64,000 bases of DNA, taken from Squalus acanthias. Lineage: Eukaryota. Below are positions 38,220 to 50,010 of this stretch, one piece after another. The notes under the pieces are model-generated. The model ran no database searches and was not told the DNA's origin. It saw only the letters and a list, made by a program, of their open reading frames with translations. The position numbers and the translations under genes were made by a program. Where the stretch lies: positions 5,952,001-6,016,000 of the forward strand of contig CM059432.1 of assembly GCA_030390025.1 (NCBI GenBank). The letters are read 5' to 3'. Positions within the stretch are counted from its first letter, which is position 1, and each line of letters begins with the position of its first letter.

Positions 38220-39329
38220 GCTTGTTTTTTTTCCCCCCGTCACGAACAGGGAATGCCCGAATGCATTGCAGAGTGACTCCAGATGCAATACCCTTGGAGG
38301 TTCTACTTGAAATCAATCTGAAAGTTGGAGCTATCTAACTCCAGAAAACCACACTATTGGCTGGAATATTTGCATATCGAGTCTGCAATATGGTTTTCTG
38401 GGACAGCTCCAGTGCAACTTTCAGCTTGGTTTGAAGTTTTAACCTCTGCTGTTTACCATGAAGCAACTCTAGGATTTCACTGAAACAGCTTTGCTGAAAT
38501 TCTAAGTGCCCTGTTACCACCTCCCTAATAATAGATTCCAGCATTTTCCCTACTACTGATGTCAGGCTAACTGGTCTATAGTTCTCGGTTTTCTCTCTCC
38601 TTCCTTTCTTGAATAGCGGGATTACATTTGCTACCTTCCAAACTACGGGGACCATTCTAGAATCTAGGGAATTCTAGAAGATCACAACCAATGCATCCAC
38701 CATATTTGCAGCCTCCTCTTAAAACCCTAAGATGTAGGCCATCAGGTCCAGGGTATTGTCGGCATTTAGTCCCATTAATTTGTCCAGTACAATGTCTTTA
38801 CTAGTACTAATTTCTTTAAGTTCCTCACTCTAATTAGGCCCTTGGTTCCCCACAATTTCCAGTATGTTTTATTGTGTATTCGATCATGAGGACAGATACC
38901 AATTTGTAGTTCCAACAAGGAACCTCGACCACTGAGCGCACATCTTGGGACATTCCAGGTGCACTCCCGACAATTTTCCATCCAACAAAATTAAGCTGCC
39001 AAGTGTTTTGAAATATCTTAATAAATATTGTTGCTCTTTCTGCGATTTAGAAAAGCAATCTGCATTTGTCTCCCCAGTTGGAGATAAGTGCCTTTATTTT
39101 GGACACACTCCAACAGGTGCTCTTGAAGCATTGTTGGCTTGTGAAGTATAAGAAGCCATTGTGACTTGGTAATGAGAAGAGAGGGGAAAATAAAGACAAT
39201 ATAATATTCAAAACCAAGCAGCTGACAACACATAGCATTTGTAATCAGCTACGACCATTTTGCATTATACTAATAGAATGTAGCAACAAGAAACAGGTGG
39301 CAGGTGAGGCAGCAATCACTACTGAAGAA

Positions 39330-39787
39330 AGAGCTTGCATTTATATAGCACTTTTCATGACCTCAGGGCATCCCAAAGCACTTTACAGTCAATGTACTTT
39401 TGAAGTGCAGTCACTGTTGTAATGTACAAAAACATGGAAGCCAATTGGCACACAGCAAGCTCCCACAATCAGTAATGTGATAGTGACCAGATAATCTTTT
39501 TTTTATATAAAGTGATAGTTGATTGAGGGGTAAATATTGGCCAGGACACTAGGGAGAACTCCTCTGCTCTTCAAAATAGTGCCATAGGATCTTTTACATC
39601 CACCCGAGTGGGCAGACGGAGCCTCGGTTTAACGTCTCATCCAAAAGATGGCACCTCAGACAATGCAGCACCCACTGCACTGAAGTGTCAGCCTAGATTT
39701 TTATGCTCAAGTCTCTGGAATGGGACTTCAACTCAAACCTTCTGACTCGGAGACAAGAGTGCTATTCACTGAGCCACAGCTGACACG
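39330..39787 (-). mobile_element. Full-length tRNA-derived Deu-type SINE
   Basis: Homologous to 5580-6019. Confidence 0.85.
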
Positions 39788-40469
39788 GTGAAGCATCCAT
39801 TTCAGATTTTCCATTAGGCAAAAGAACTGGGGAAGAAAATAAAGTTCTTAGTGGAAAGAAGGGAGGCTAAGTTAGCAAACAGTAACATGTGAGTACAAGT
39901 AAACAGCATGGCTTTGTTTCAACATCACTGGTACTTTTTGTGGTGAGCACATGTGGAAAACAGAATAGCACAATGGTAGATTCAAGATAAATAGTAAGCA
40001 TTGCAGCACACAGCAGGACACAGAAAAACCTAAAAGTCTTGTGATGAGTGCATGGGCTAACACTTGCACACAGCAAGTTACTTAAATTGTAAGTGTTGCA
40101 GTATGTAGCCTGACCCAGAAATACCTGGCAATTTTGTGGTGAGCACGTGACAAACAGTATCACATATATTAGTGCCTGCCAAGCACATGTAGCGAACTAA
40201 TTGGCAATGTCCGGCAAAAGAAATGAACATATTAAGGTGAGACTCTACGCTGACATTGTTGCTTATAACTTTGTAGTGGGCACATGGAAAGAATAAAGAT
40301 AGGCATGCCATAGTAACTAACTAAAAATAATCACCACCATACACTTAGAGTCCTTGCGTAGCCCATTAACTTGCAGTAACCATACATGCAACAAACATCA
40401 GTTCTATGCATCATAAAAATATGTGCACTCTACAGCACAACATTTTTTCACAATACGGCAGTATTTTTT

Positions 40470-40855
40470 TTATTCATTCATGGGATGTGGGCGTCGCTGG
40501 CAAGGCCAGCATTTATTACCCATTCCTAATTGCCCTGGAGAAGGTGGCGCTGGGCCGCCTTCTTGAACCACTGCAGTCCGTGTGGTGAAGGTGCTCCCAC
40601 AGTGCTGTTAGGGAGGGAGTTCCAGGATTTTGACCCAGCGACGAAGAAGGAACAGCGATATACTTCCAAGTCAGGATGGTGTGTGACTTGGAGGGGAACC
40701 TGGAGGTGATGGTGGTGTTCCCATGCGCCTGCTGCCCTTGTCCTTCTAGGCGCTAGAGGTTGCGGGTTTGGGAGGTGCTGTCGAATAAGCCTTGGCGAGT
40801 TGCTGCAGTGCATCTTGTAGATGGTGCCCCAGTGGTGGAGGGAGTGAATGTTGTG
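40470..40855 (-). mobile_element. LINE 3' end (second CR1-group family)
   Basis: RCSFFVAGSKSWNSLPNSTV...LQWFKKAAQRHLL; same family as the piece at ~7000-7130. Confidence 0.75.
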
Positions 40856-41334
40856 ACTGATACACTCCAAATTGTCTTGCCAATTAGCTCAATGACTTCA
40901 GCATTTCTAAAAACTTCATTTTCTCAGCCAAATTAACCAAAATTAATCACCACAGTGCACTTTTTGTTGCAGGATAATTGTGTATCCCATTAACTAGTGG
41001 TAACCATACATACAACAAACATCAGTTTGCAAGCTGCTAATTTATCAAAGTCGCAAATAAATTGTCAACAAATACATGATCACAATTATAAAACTGCTTG
41101 CAAAAGTTTAGAATTCTAAGAACTTCAAAGTAAAAATAAGACTGCAACACTTGGGTCATGTCTGCAGAAGCTGAGGTGAGGCAGATTCAAATCACTGATA
41201 AATTACCAATAATAATGAATGAAGTTGAAAGAACAAAGTCTGAAACTTTAAGCGTAAAAAACAATGTAGGAGAGATTAAGTAGAATGGGCCTCTACTCTC
41301 TGGAGTTTAGAAAAAGGAGAGGTGATCGCATTGA

Positions 41335-42094
41335 AACATACAAGATTCTGAGGGGGATTGACAGGGTAGATGCTGAGAGTTTTTCCCCCGGCTGGAGTGT
41401 CTAGAACTAGGGGGCACAGTCTCAGGATAAGGGGTCGGCCATTTAAGACTGAGATGAGGAGGAATTTCTTTACTCATAGGGTTGTGAATCTTTAGAATTC
41501 TCTACCCTAAAGGGCTGTGGATGCTGAATCGTTGAGTATATTCAAGGCTGAGATAGATAGATTTTTGGACTCTCGGGGAATCAAGGGATATGGGGATCGG
41601 GTGGGAAAGTGGAGTTGAGGTCGAAGATCAGCCATGCTATTGAATGGCGGAGCAGGCGCAAGGGGCCGTATGGCCTACTCCTGCTCCTAATTCTTATGTT
41701 CTTATAGTTTGCAATACATCCAAGTTGGGGGTGAGTGGCATATCATGTCATGATGCAGTTGCCCGTCACGACACAAGCAGTAAGGGATTTGATGCTAGCT
41801 GAGCCAATACCATACATCATCATGCTGGAGTCATGCTGCATCACAACACAAGCACACTGAACTCGCACAGCATTCTAACATGGTAAAAGCACCTAAAGAA
41901 AGTGGCAAACTCTGCTCTTCTGCCTGGAAATAGCAATCTTTCATGCTGAAAAGAGCTATCTGTTGCTGAGAAAATAGGAGTTAGAAATGCTGACGTGGCT
42001 GAACTAATTGGCAAGAAAATTTGGGGTTATACAGCCACAAACCTGCCATATTGTGAAAAAAGACAGCAAATTCTGGATGACTTTTGGCAAAACT
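41335..42094 (+). repeat. Arm B of the inverted duplication
   Basis: Reverse complement of 37458-38219; its CR1 part extends further left to ~41268. Confidence 0.92.
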
Positions 42095-43699
42095 CAAACC
42101 CAAATTGGAAGTGCACGAGAGAAGGGAGAGAATCATCTGTGCACTTTACGACCCCTTTAATAATAACATAGCCATGCACTCAGCTGTCTGTGTGATTACC
42201 TTTTGAGTAGAGAGCAGATTGCTTAGTAGAAAGACCCTGAAAAACGCACAAGTTTTGTTTGGAAATGGGAGGTGACTCATTTAAGCAGGCTCCACTGCAT
42301 AAACTTGATAATCTACTTAAAACTTTGTTGCTTTAGGTTATCAGGTCTTAATGACGGGTGGAATAATCTCCATATCCCACTTCAATTATTGATGCATCAT
42401 GGCAATGTTCTTTTTCAAAAATTATGCTTGAACTTTCACTGGCCATTAGTTCGTTAGTTGCAATGGGAGGCTAAAAATCCAATAAAAGATTTATACAAGC
42501 ACTTTATTGCCTACAGGGTTATGCAAGACAATTGGTTACAGCTGGGAAAAAAAGACATTGCAATTTTATCTGTTAAGCTGGTCCCATCACAAGCCTCACG
42601 GTAGATATCAATATTTACTTTTACTGTCAGCACTTCTTTCTTCAAACAGAATAGGTGCCCCAGTCAGGGCGGAGGATTCACGATGACCTAGGTTCCACCT
42701 CAAAGAATAACTCTTATCTGCAAAATTGACTGAGGTGGAAGAATTTTAATGTTGTCCAAGATAAATCCTCACTTATAGTCAATCATATGCTGTCAGTAGA
42801 CTGCAATGTGTTAGCAAACTGTTTGAAAGGTAACAATGGGGCAGTTTTACATGAAATACTAAGGAGCTTGATTAGCTGGACTGCTGTGCTGACCTAAAAG
42901 GCAGGGTGCAAAAGCACAAAGCCTTTAGATAAGGTAGTCTAAACAAACAAAGCCTTCAGATAAGATTATATGATGGAATGATGTACCTCCTGATCTCAGT
43001 TTTGCTTTTGTGATTGGCTCATGACATTGTCAGTCATCCCGTAAGTAAGTTATGAACTCATTTAGAAGCTGGACTTGTACCAGATCACACAGAAAGCCCT
43101 GTGGTTAAAGTACATTAGCAGTAATTTTAAAAATAAACCTGCTTTAATCTGCATTACTGTTACATGTTATTGGTATCAGAAACAAATCATAATTTAACTA
43201 TTAAAAATGTTAATCTGTTTTTTGTATGACCCCCTCACCTGCCCACAATAGAGATGGACATTTCCAGACTCCTAAAATTTGACCTTCAACCTACAACATG
43301 CAGTCTTGACAATTTCAGAAGCAATTCAGTCATTCTACTGATGAGGGGGCTTCAGAGCATGGAGCTCGACCCAGCCATGTAATCTACTTATTAGCACAAG
43401 TCAACCAGCATTGCACTCAAGAGGATGGTGTGGTGGCAGTACACACGTGTCTAAAGCATTGCACAGCTTCAGCTGTCAAATTGCCACTGGTGCAATGTCA
43501 ACGAATGCCAGATCGCCACTTTCTGTGAGCCTGGCAATGGCAGTGTCGGGGTATCAATCTATAATTGGCACTCTGATACAAATTTGTCAGCAGATTTAAA
43601 TCAGTGACAGCATGATAACAAAACCTTCATCAAGTACAGAGAAAGAGATAGCATGTGCAAACAGAAACACATGCTGTTGCTATACTATGCTATAGCTCT

Positions 43700-44248
43700 T
43701 GCTATACTCTAGATTTGACTATTCCAACGCATTCCTGGCCGGCCTCCCATGTTCTACCCTCCGTTAACTTGAGATCATCCAAAACTCGGCTGCCTGTGTC
43801 CCAAATTGCACCAAGTCCCGTTCACCCATCACCCCTGTGCTCGCTGACCTACATTGGCTCCCGGTTAAGCAACGCCCCGATTATAAAATTTTCATCCTTG
43901 TTTTCAAATCCCTCCATGGCCTTGCCGCCCCCCCACCTCTAATCTCCTTCAGCCCCACAACGTTCCGAGATATCTGCGCTCCTCTAATTCTGGCCTCTTC
44001 AGCATCCCCGATTTCAATTGCTCCACCATTGGTGGCCGTGCCTTCAGCTGCCTAGGCCCTAAGCTCTGGAATTCCCTCCCTAAACCTCTCCGCCTCGCTA
44101 CCTCATTTTCGTCCTTTAAGATGCTCCTTAAAACCTACCTCTTTGACCATCTGTCCTAATATCTCCTTGTGGCTCGGTGTCAGACGTTGTTTTATAACAC
44201 TTCTGTGCAGCGCCTTGGGATGTTTTAGTACGTTAAATGTGCTATATA
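43700..44248 (+). mobile_element. L2 LINE 3' fragment (target of the Tigger insertion)
   Basis: PVLADLHWLPVKQR..KI.ILVFKSLHGLA; tail gctata|TA continues as aattgttgttg after 46989. Confidence 0.88.
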
Positions 44249-44551
44249 CAGGAAACTCTTTATTAACCGGCACCGACGGGACCGGCGTGGTGCCGGTTGA
44301 TCGAAAGTTCCGGATAACGGAGAGTTATATCTACCGAGGCTATTTTTAACAAAGAAAAATTAAAAAATCAAGAAATGTGCAGTATACAGTATTTGGGTAC
44401 TCACCTACAGAATGTTGTGTTAAATGGATGGTGGAAGATGCTTGATTAAGTACATTACTGCCAGTTGAGGGTAATCCATAACTCTTTAATTACTTAACAG
44501 TAAAACAAAACTTATAAACAACTGTATACAGTACTGTAGTTGACTGTACAC

Positions 44552-46318
44552 TTATTCCGAGTCATCTGGTTCATCAGGAATATCCGTGCCAGCTGGGTCA
44601 TCAGGAACACGCAGTTCCACAGATGCCACAGATTCTTCAGGCACTTCCGCTGCTGCGACTCTTTTGGAAGCTTTCTTAAACATGTTGCGGATGTCGGTTT
44701 GCTTAGTGGACTCTTGCCTTTTCTGTAGAAAGGTGGAATGCAGAATATGGAGTTGCATAACTTCTTGGGCAGAGTAGCAAGTCTGCCTTTCAGCAAATTT
44801 GAGGAATGAAGATAATCCTTCTGCAGCTTTAGCCCAAGAAATCTTCTCTTCTTCAGAAATATCATCCTCTTCACTTTCCATCTCACTTTCCTTTTCTTTC
44901 TTTGGATTCAAAACATTCTGAATTATTTCATCATCACTTAGCATATGCACAACACCAACTTCTCTATCTGCATCAACCCACTGCTCGATATCACTTTCAC
45001 TGAGGTGACATAGAGGGTTTGCTGGGCCTACATTTTTCACCATGCCAGCCATTTCCATTATTGTACTCTTCTTGGGACGAACATTGAACCCATGAAATTC
45101 CTCCTCTGAAGAAGAACCTTCAGCAAACATTACAGAAGGCCACAATTTGCGCCAGGCTTGCCTCAGAGTGTGACCTTTCACCAAGTTCCAGGAATATGCA
45201 ACATTCTAGATGGCATCTTTAATATTGTATTCCTTCTGAAATGCGTGAATATTGTCATCTTGGTTTATCAGTTTATGTAGGAAGTCTTTCTTGTAATGAC
45301 ACTTCAGATTTTGGATAACGCCCTGGTCCATGGGTTGTATGAGAGAAGTTACATTTGGTGGCAAATAAATGGTGAAAATATTTCCCGAAACCAACTCTGA
45401 TTCATGCGGATGGGCTCTACAATTATCAAGCAATAAAATGCATTTGCTATCTTCAGGTTTCCCTATTTTACGGAAATGTTCCCTCACAGATGGAACAAAA
45501 ATATGATGGAACCAATCGGAGAAGATTTCCTTCTCCATCCAAGCATTTTTTTGAGCTTTGTACTCAACAGGTAAGTGCCTCACATTTTTAAATGCACAGG
45601 GATTTTTATACTTCCCGATAACAAGAAGTTTAACCCGGTGTGATCCAGCGGCGTTCGCACATGTTAGCACGGTTACACAATCTTTATTTTTCTTGTAACC
45701 TGAAGCATTAGCCTCACTAGCCCCAGCAAGCGTTGATTCTGGCAAAAACCTCCAAAACAAGCCAGTTTCATCTGCATTGTATAACTGTGCTGGCGACAAA
45801 TCATGTTGCTGCACAATCCGATTGAAATAATCGCAGTATTCTTCTGCGGCGTCGTGATCAGCTGATTTCTTCTCCCCGGAAATATCGAGTCATCGTATCC
45901 CGTGCCATAACTTGAAGCACGTTAGCCATCCCTCGGAGAAAGCACACTTGTCAGTGAGCTCCATCCTTTCGTAGAAATCCTTCGCTTTCTCGATTAGCAT
46001 GGGTCCGGAAATTGGAACACCCTCTGAACGCTTAAGAGAAAACCATTCATAAAGCACGGTATCCAGCTCTTCAAGCTTAGGCTTACGAAGCGTACGCCGT
46101 TTCTCTACACTCTTAGATGTCTCCGAGCTTGAATAAAACTTGAGCAACTTATCCTTCTGCGATTTGATGTCGTAGATTGTTGACGAACCGATTTTGAATT
46201 CATTCATAATGTTGATACGCTTCTCTCCCCTTCCTAGTCGTTGGCATATCTCAATTTTCTGTTTTAAAGTTAAGACCACTCTCTTCCTTTTGCTTGGACC
46301 AGCTTTTGGTAATTCCAT
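44552..46318 (-). pseudogene. pogo/Tigger (jerky/TIGD-like) transposase, 588 codons, two in-frame stops, no frameshift
   Basis: Three ORF-track segments share one frame. HTH_psq-like [17 protein letters not shown]-type HTH ([26 protein letters not shown]) and triad NADETG / LLLDNCRAH / QPMDQGVI with DD32D spacing. Stops at 45892-45890 (TGA) and 45208-45206 (TAG). Confidence 0.93.
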
Positions 46319-46382
46319 AATGCAAGATGGGGGAGATAATTGCCGATGAAGATGGAAAGACACACAGAACAATGGTGGCTAG

Positions 46383-46753
46383 GAAGAGACTACCAGCAGC
46401 GTGGCAGACACACAGTAAAATGGTGTATCAGAAGAGACTACCAGCAGCGTGGGAGACACACAGTAAAATGGTGTATCAGAAGAGACTACCAGCAGCGTGG
46501 GAGACACACAGTAAAATGGTGTATCAGAAGAGACTACCAGCAGCGTGGGAGACACACAGTAAAATGGTGTATCAGAAGAGACTACAGTACCAGCAGCGTG
46601 GGAGACACACAGTAAAATGGTGGATCAGAAAAGACTACAGTACTAGCAGCGTGGGAGACACACAGTAAAATGGTGGATCAGAAGAGACTACCAGCAGCGC
46701 GGGAGACACACAGCAAAATGGCCGATCAGAAGAGACTCCCGGCAGCGCGGGAG
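46383..46753. repeat. 48-bp tandem repeat (~7.5 copies, two 53-bp variants) upstream of the Tigger transposase
   Basis: Unit gaagagactaccagcagcgtgggagacacacagtaaaatggtgtatca. Confidence 0.95.
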
Positions 46754-47389
46754 AATCAGACTCCTGCTACTCCAGTGTTCGGACTTCCGACAGCGCCAGG
46801 AGGCCGAGTAGTGGCACTTTTGAAAACTACCCCTACTGACTAAATCGGCGTTCGCGGGCTCGGGCTCGGGCTCGGACTCGGACTCGGCAACATTGCCGGT
46901 TATTTGAGAGGAGTTTTCGGAGGATGATTTTTGCCGGTTAAGCGAGAATTCCGGATATTTAGGTGCCGGTTAAACAAGAGTTTCCTGTAAATTGTTGTTG
47001 GTGTCAAACTCACGTTGATCAGCATAAATCCCACACAGATTTGGAGTGCAAAAGAAAAATACAAGAGGCCCAGAGTGCTATCAGTTTGCCAAATTCATGC
47101 CAGCATCATGTAAATCAAGCATCACCTTCATAGTGTAACAGTGAATTACAGATCAGTGCCCAGACATCATCACCAGCCAAAGCCACAGAGAATGGTCTGA
47201 TACAAGAGACCCCAAGACATTGAAGTGAAATCACTTTTAGCTGGTAAGTAGTGTGTGCCGCACTCTTCAACTAGTTGCCCACACCGGGAGCTCTAGTCTT
47301 CTCAAGAATTAGTCAGGCTGATCATGGGTTAAATCTCAGGAGTGTACCAATGAAAAAAATCAAAAGTCAATGTTGCATACAGCATCCTA

Positions 47390-47840
47390 CAACAACAACA
47401 TGCATTTATATAGCACCTTTAGCGTAGAAGCATCCCAAGGCACTGCACAGAAGTGCAAAGACGGAGCTAAAGGTGGAGGTATTAGAAGGGATGACTGAAA
47501 CCTTGGTCAAATAGGTGAGTTTTAAAGCAGGAGAGAGAAAATGGTGGAGATTTAGGGATGGAATTCCAGAGGTTAGGGTCCAGATTGCTGAAGGCAAAGG
47601 CGCCAATGGTGGGGTGAAGTGAGTGGGAGGATGCACAAGAGGTCAGGAGGAATGCAGAGTTCTCAGAAGGTTGCAAGGCTTGAGGAGGTTACAAGGGATT
47701 TGAACACAACGATGAGAATTTTAAATTTGAGGCGTTGGGGGACCAGGTCAAGAAGTACTGGGATGATGGGTGAGCTTGGTGTGGATTAGGATACGGGCAG
47801 CAAAGTTTCGGAGGAGTTGAAGTTTATGGAGGATGGACCA
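47390..47840 (-). mobile_element. Older L2 3' fragment
   Basis: LWNSIPK...FKTHLFDQ and L2-type tail. Confidence 0.75.
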
Positions 47841-48421
47841 CGCTCAGTCACAGAGAATGATGATAGAATTATTCAAAAGGATTTACAGCCTTTTTTAAAA
47901 TCACTCTTCAGTTAGCATATTAGCAACATACTGTAGAATGGCACATCCTGTTCATCAGTGAAGCACTTTATAACTATATAATAATTAGACACTTCTTATA
48001 CACATTAAAAAGGCTTGATTTTATATGATGTTAATGTCTGTTTCACCTCTGATAAATGGGCAGCACATTCAATGGGTTTTTTTGCATTAGAATTAGTCTC
48101 ACAACAACCACAATTCCTTTTTCAATGTTCTGTCAGATTGGTGATTAAGAAACTTCCCAGAATTGAAAGGTTTCTTCTGCGAGGTGTTTATTTTAATTTT
48201 TAATCAGAGCTGACCAACATTGATGATGGAGCAGACTCAGAAGAAAACTTGGTTTATGCATCAATTCATGTACTCTACCTACCAATATCTCTTCACTCAT
48301 TTCGACATGCAAATATAGAAACAAAGAAAAATGACTTATTGAGGCTTCTGATGTACAAGAAAAGTCATCCTTGCCATTTCAAGTCTGTACAACTAGCCTT
48401 AAGTGTAGAAACACTACTACA

Positions 48422-49160
48422 GTGTCAGCCTGTGGCTCAATTGGTAGCACCCTCACCTCTGAGACAGAAGGTTGTGGGTTCAAGTCCCACTCCAGAGACT
48501 TGAGCACAAAAATTTAGGTGGACGCTGGAAGTACTGAGGGAGTACTGCACTATCAGAGGTGCCGTCTTTCGTATGAGACATTAAACCGAGGTCCCATCTG
48601 TTCTCTCAGGTGGATGTTAAAGATCCCATGGCACTATTTTGAAGTAGTTCAGGGGAGTTATCCCTGGTGTTCTGGCCAATATTTATCCCTCAACCAACAT
48701 CACTAAAACAGATTAACTGGACATTATCACATTGTTGTTTGTGGGCGCTTATGAACATACAATGACGGACAGGTAAATACCATCTGGTCCATTGAACCTG
48801 TCGCACACTATTGCGATACCTTGTGTATCACAACATATACACGCCACCCCACCCGAAACCATGTGATCTCCGGGGACGAGGCAAAAAAAAGCGGCCAATT
48901 TGGGGAAAAGATATCTGGGAAATTCCTCTCCAACCCATCTAGGCGATCGAAACTAGTCCAGGAGATTACTCTGGCCCTAAATTCACTGTAGTACCTACCT
49001 TCTGTAAGAGGTGATCCCCAGCCAGAAACAAATCCAGCTCTCGCGCAAATTGGTTGCCACGTCCCGACATTACAACAGTGACTACACTTCAAAAATTGGC
49101 TGTGAAGCACTTTGCGACAGCCGGTGGTCGTGAAAGGCGCTATATAAATGCAAGTCTTTC
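48422..49160 (+). mobile_element. Deu-type tRNA SINE with a nested LINE 3' end (~48750-49045, minus strand)
   Basis: A box tggctcaattgg, B box ggttcaagtcc and tail gtgaaaggcgctatataaatgcaag; the nested piece is homologous to ~34240-34545. Confidence 0.82.
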
Positions 49161-49384
49161 TTTGTTCTTTCTTTTACAAAGACTTCTGTCACCAACTGTA
49201 ATTTGTGAGGAGGAAGTAACTTTGATCACAATGATGAATAATGAATCAAAGTGGAGATTAGCATTTTCCCAAAAATATATTCATTATATAAACCGAAAAT
49301 AATAGTGACATACAATGTGACGTATAAAACAAACTATTTTCAAACTGATAGAGTTGTTTCAAACATAATATATCGGGGCGTTGT

Positions 49385-50010
49385 GAGATAGGAAGGGGCG
49401 AGGCCATGGAGGGATTTGAAAACAAGGATGAGAATTTTGAAATCGAGGCGCTGCTTAACCGGGAGCCAATGTAGGTCAGCAAGCACAGGGGAGATGGGCG
49501 AACGGGACTTGGTGCGAGTTAGGACACGGGCAGCCAAGTTTTGGATGACCACAAGTTTACGTAGGATGGAATGTGGGAGGCAAGCCAGGAGTGCGTTGGA
49601 ATAGTCAAGTCTAGAGGTAACAAAGGCATGGATGAGGATTTCAGCAGCGGGCAGAGACGGGCGATGTTACGGAGGTGGAAGTAGGCGGTCTTTGTTATGC
49701 TGCGGATTATGTAGTCGGAAGCTCATTTCAGGGTCAAATATGACACCAAGGTTGCGAACAGTGTGGTTCAGCCTCAGACAGATGTTAGGGAGAGGGATGG
49801 AGTCAGTGGCTAGGGAACGGAGTTTGTGACGGGGACCGAAAACAATGGCTTTGGTCTTCCCAATATTTAATTGGAGAAAATATTTGCTCATCCAGAACTG
49901 TATGTCACACAAGCAGTCTGACAATCTAGACACCGTGGAGGGGTCGAGAGAAGAGGTAGCGAGGTAGAGCTGGGTGTTATCAGAATACATGTGGAAACTG
50001 ATGCTGTGTT
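49385..50010 (-). mobile_element. L2 LINE RT-to-3' fragment
   Basis: SFHMYSDNTQLY...WMSKYFLQLNIGKTKAI...LHWLPVKQRLDFKI. Confidence 0.88.

Larger units (their letters stand above)
44249..46987 (-). mobile_element. Complete Tigger/pogo-family DNA transposon (2739 bp)
   Basis: 26-bp TIRs caggaaactctttattaaccggcacc / ggtgccggttaaacaagagtttcctg (24/26 match); TA TSD at 44247-44248 and 46988-46989; subterminal tgccggtt...ttccggata repeats. Confidence 0.96.

Noticed and set aside
37458..42094. Foldback transposon with 760-bp TIRs
   Set aside because: No TSD, and the arms include a CR1 tail; segmental duplication explains it better.
44552..46318. Domesticated TIGD/JRKL host gene
   Set aside because: It has TIRs, a TA TSD and two nonsense codons, so it is a transposon copy.
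46327..46753. CRISPR-like array or repeat-protein ORFs
   Set aside because: Units are contiguous with no unique spacers and there are no cas genes; this is a VNTR inside a eukaryotic transposon.
48422..48500. tRNA gene (also at ~1640-1710, ~5950-6019 and ~39715-39787)
   Set aside because: The A/B boxes are SINE heads followed by the SINE body; no convincing cloverleaf.
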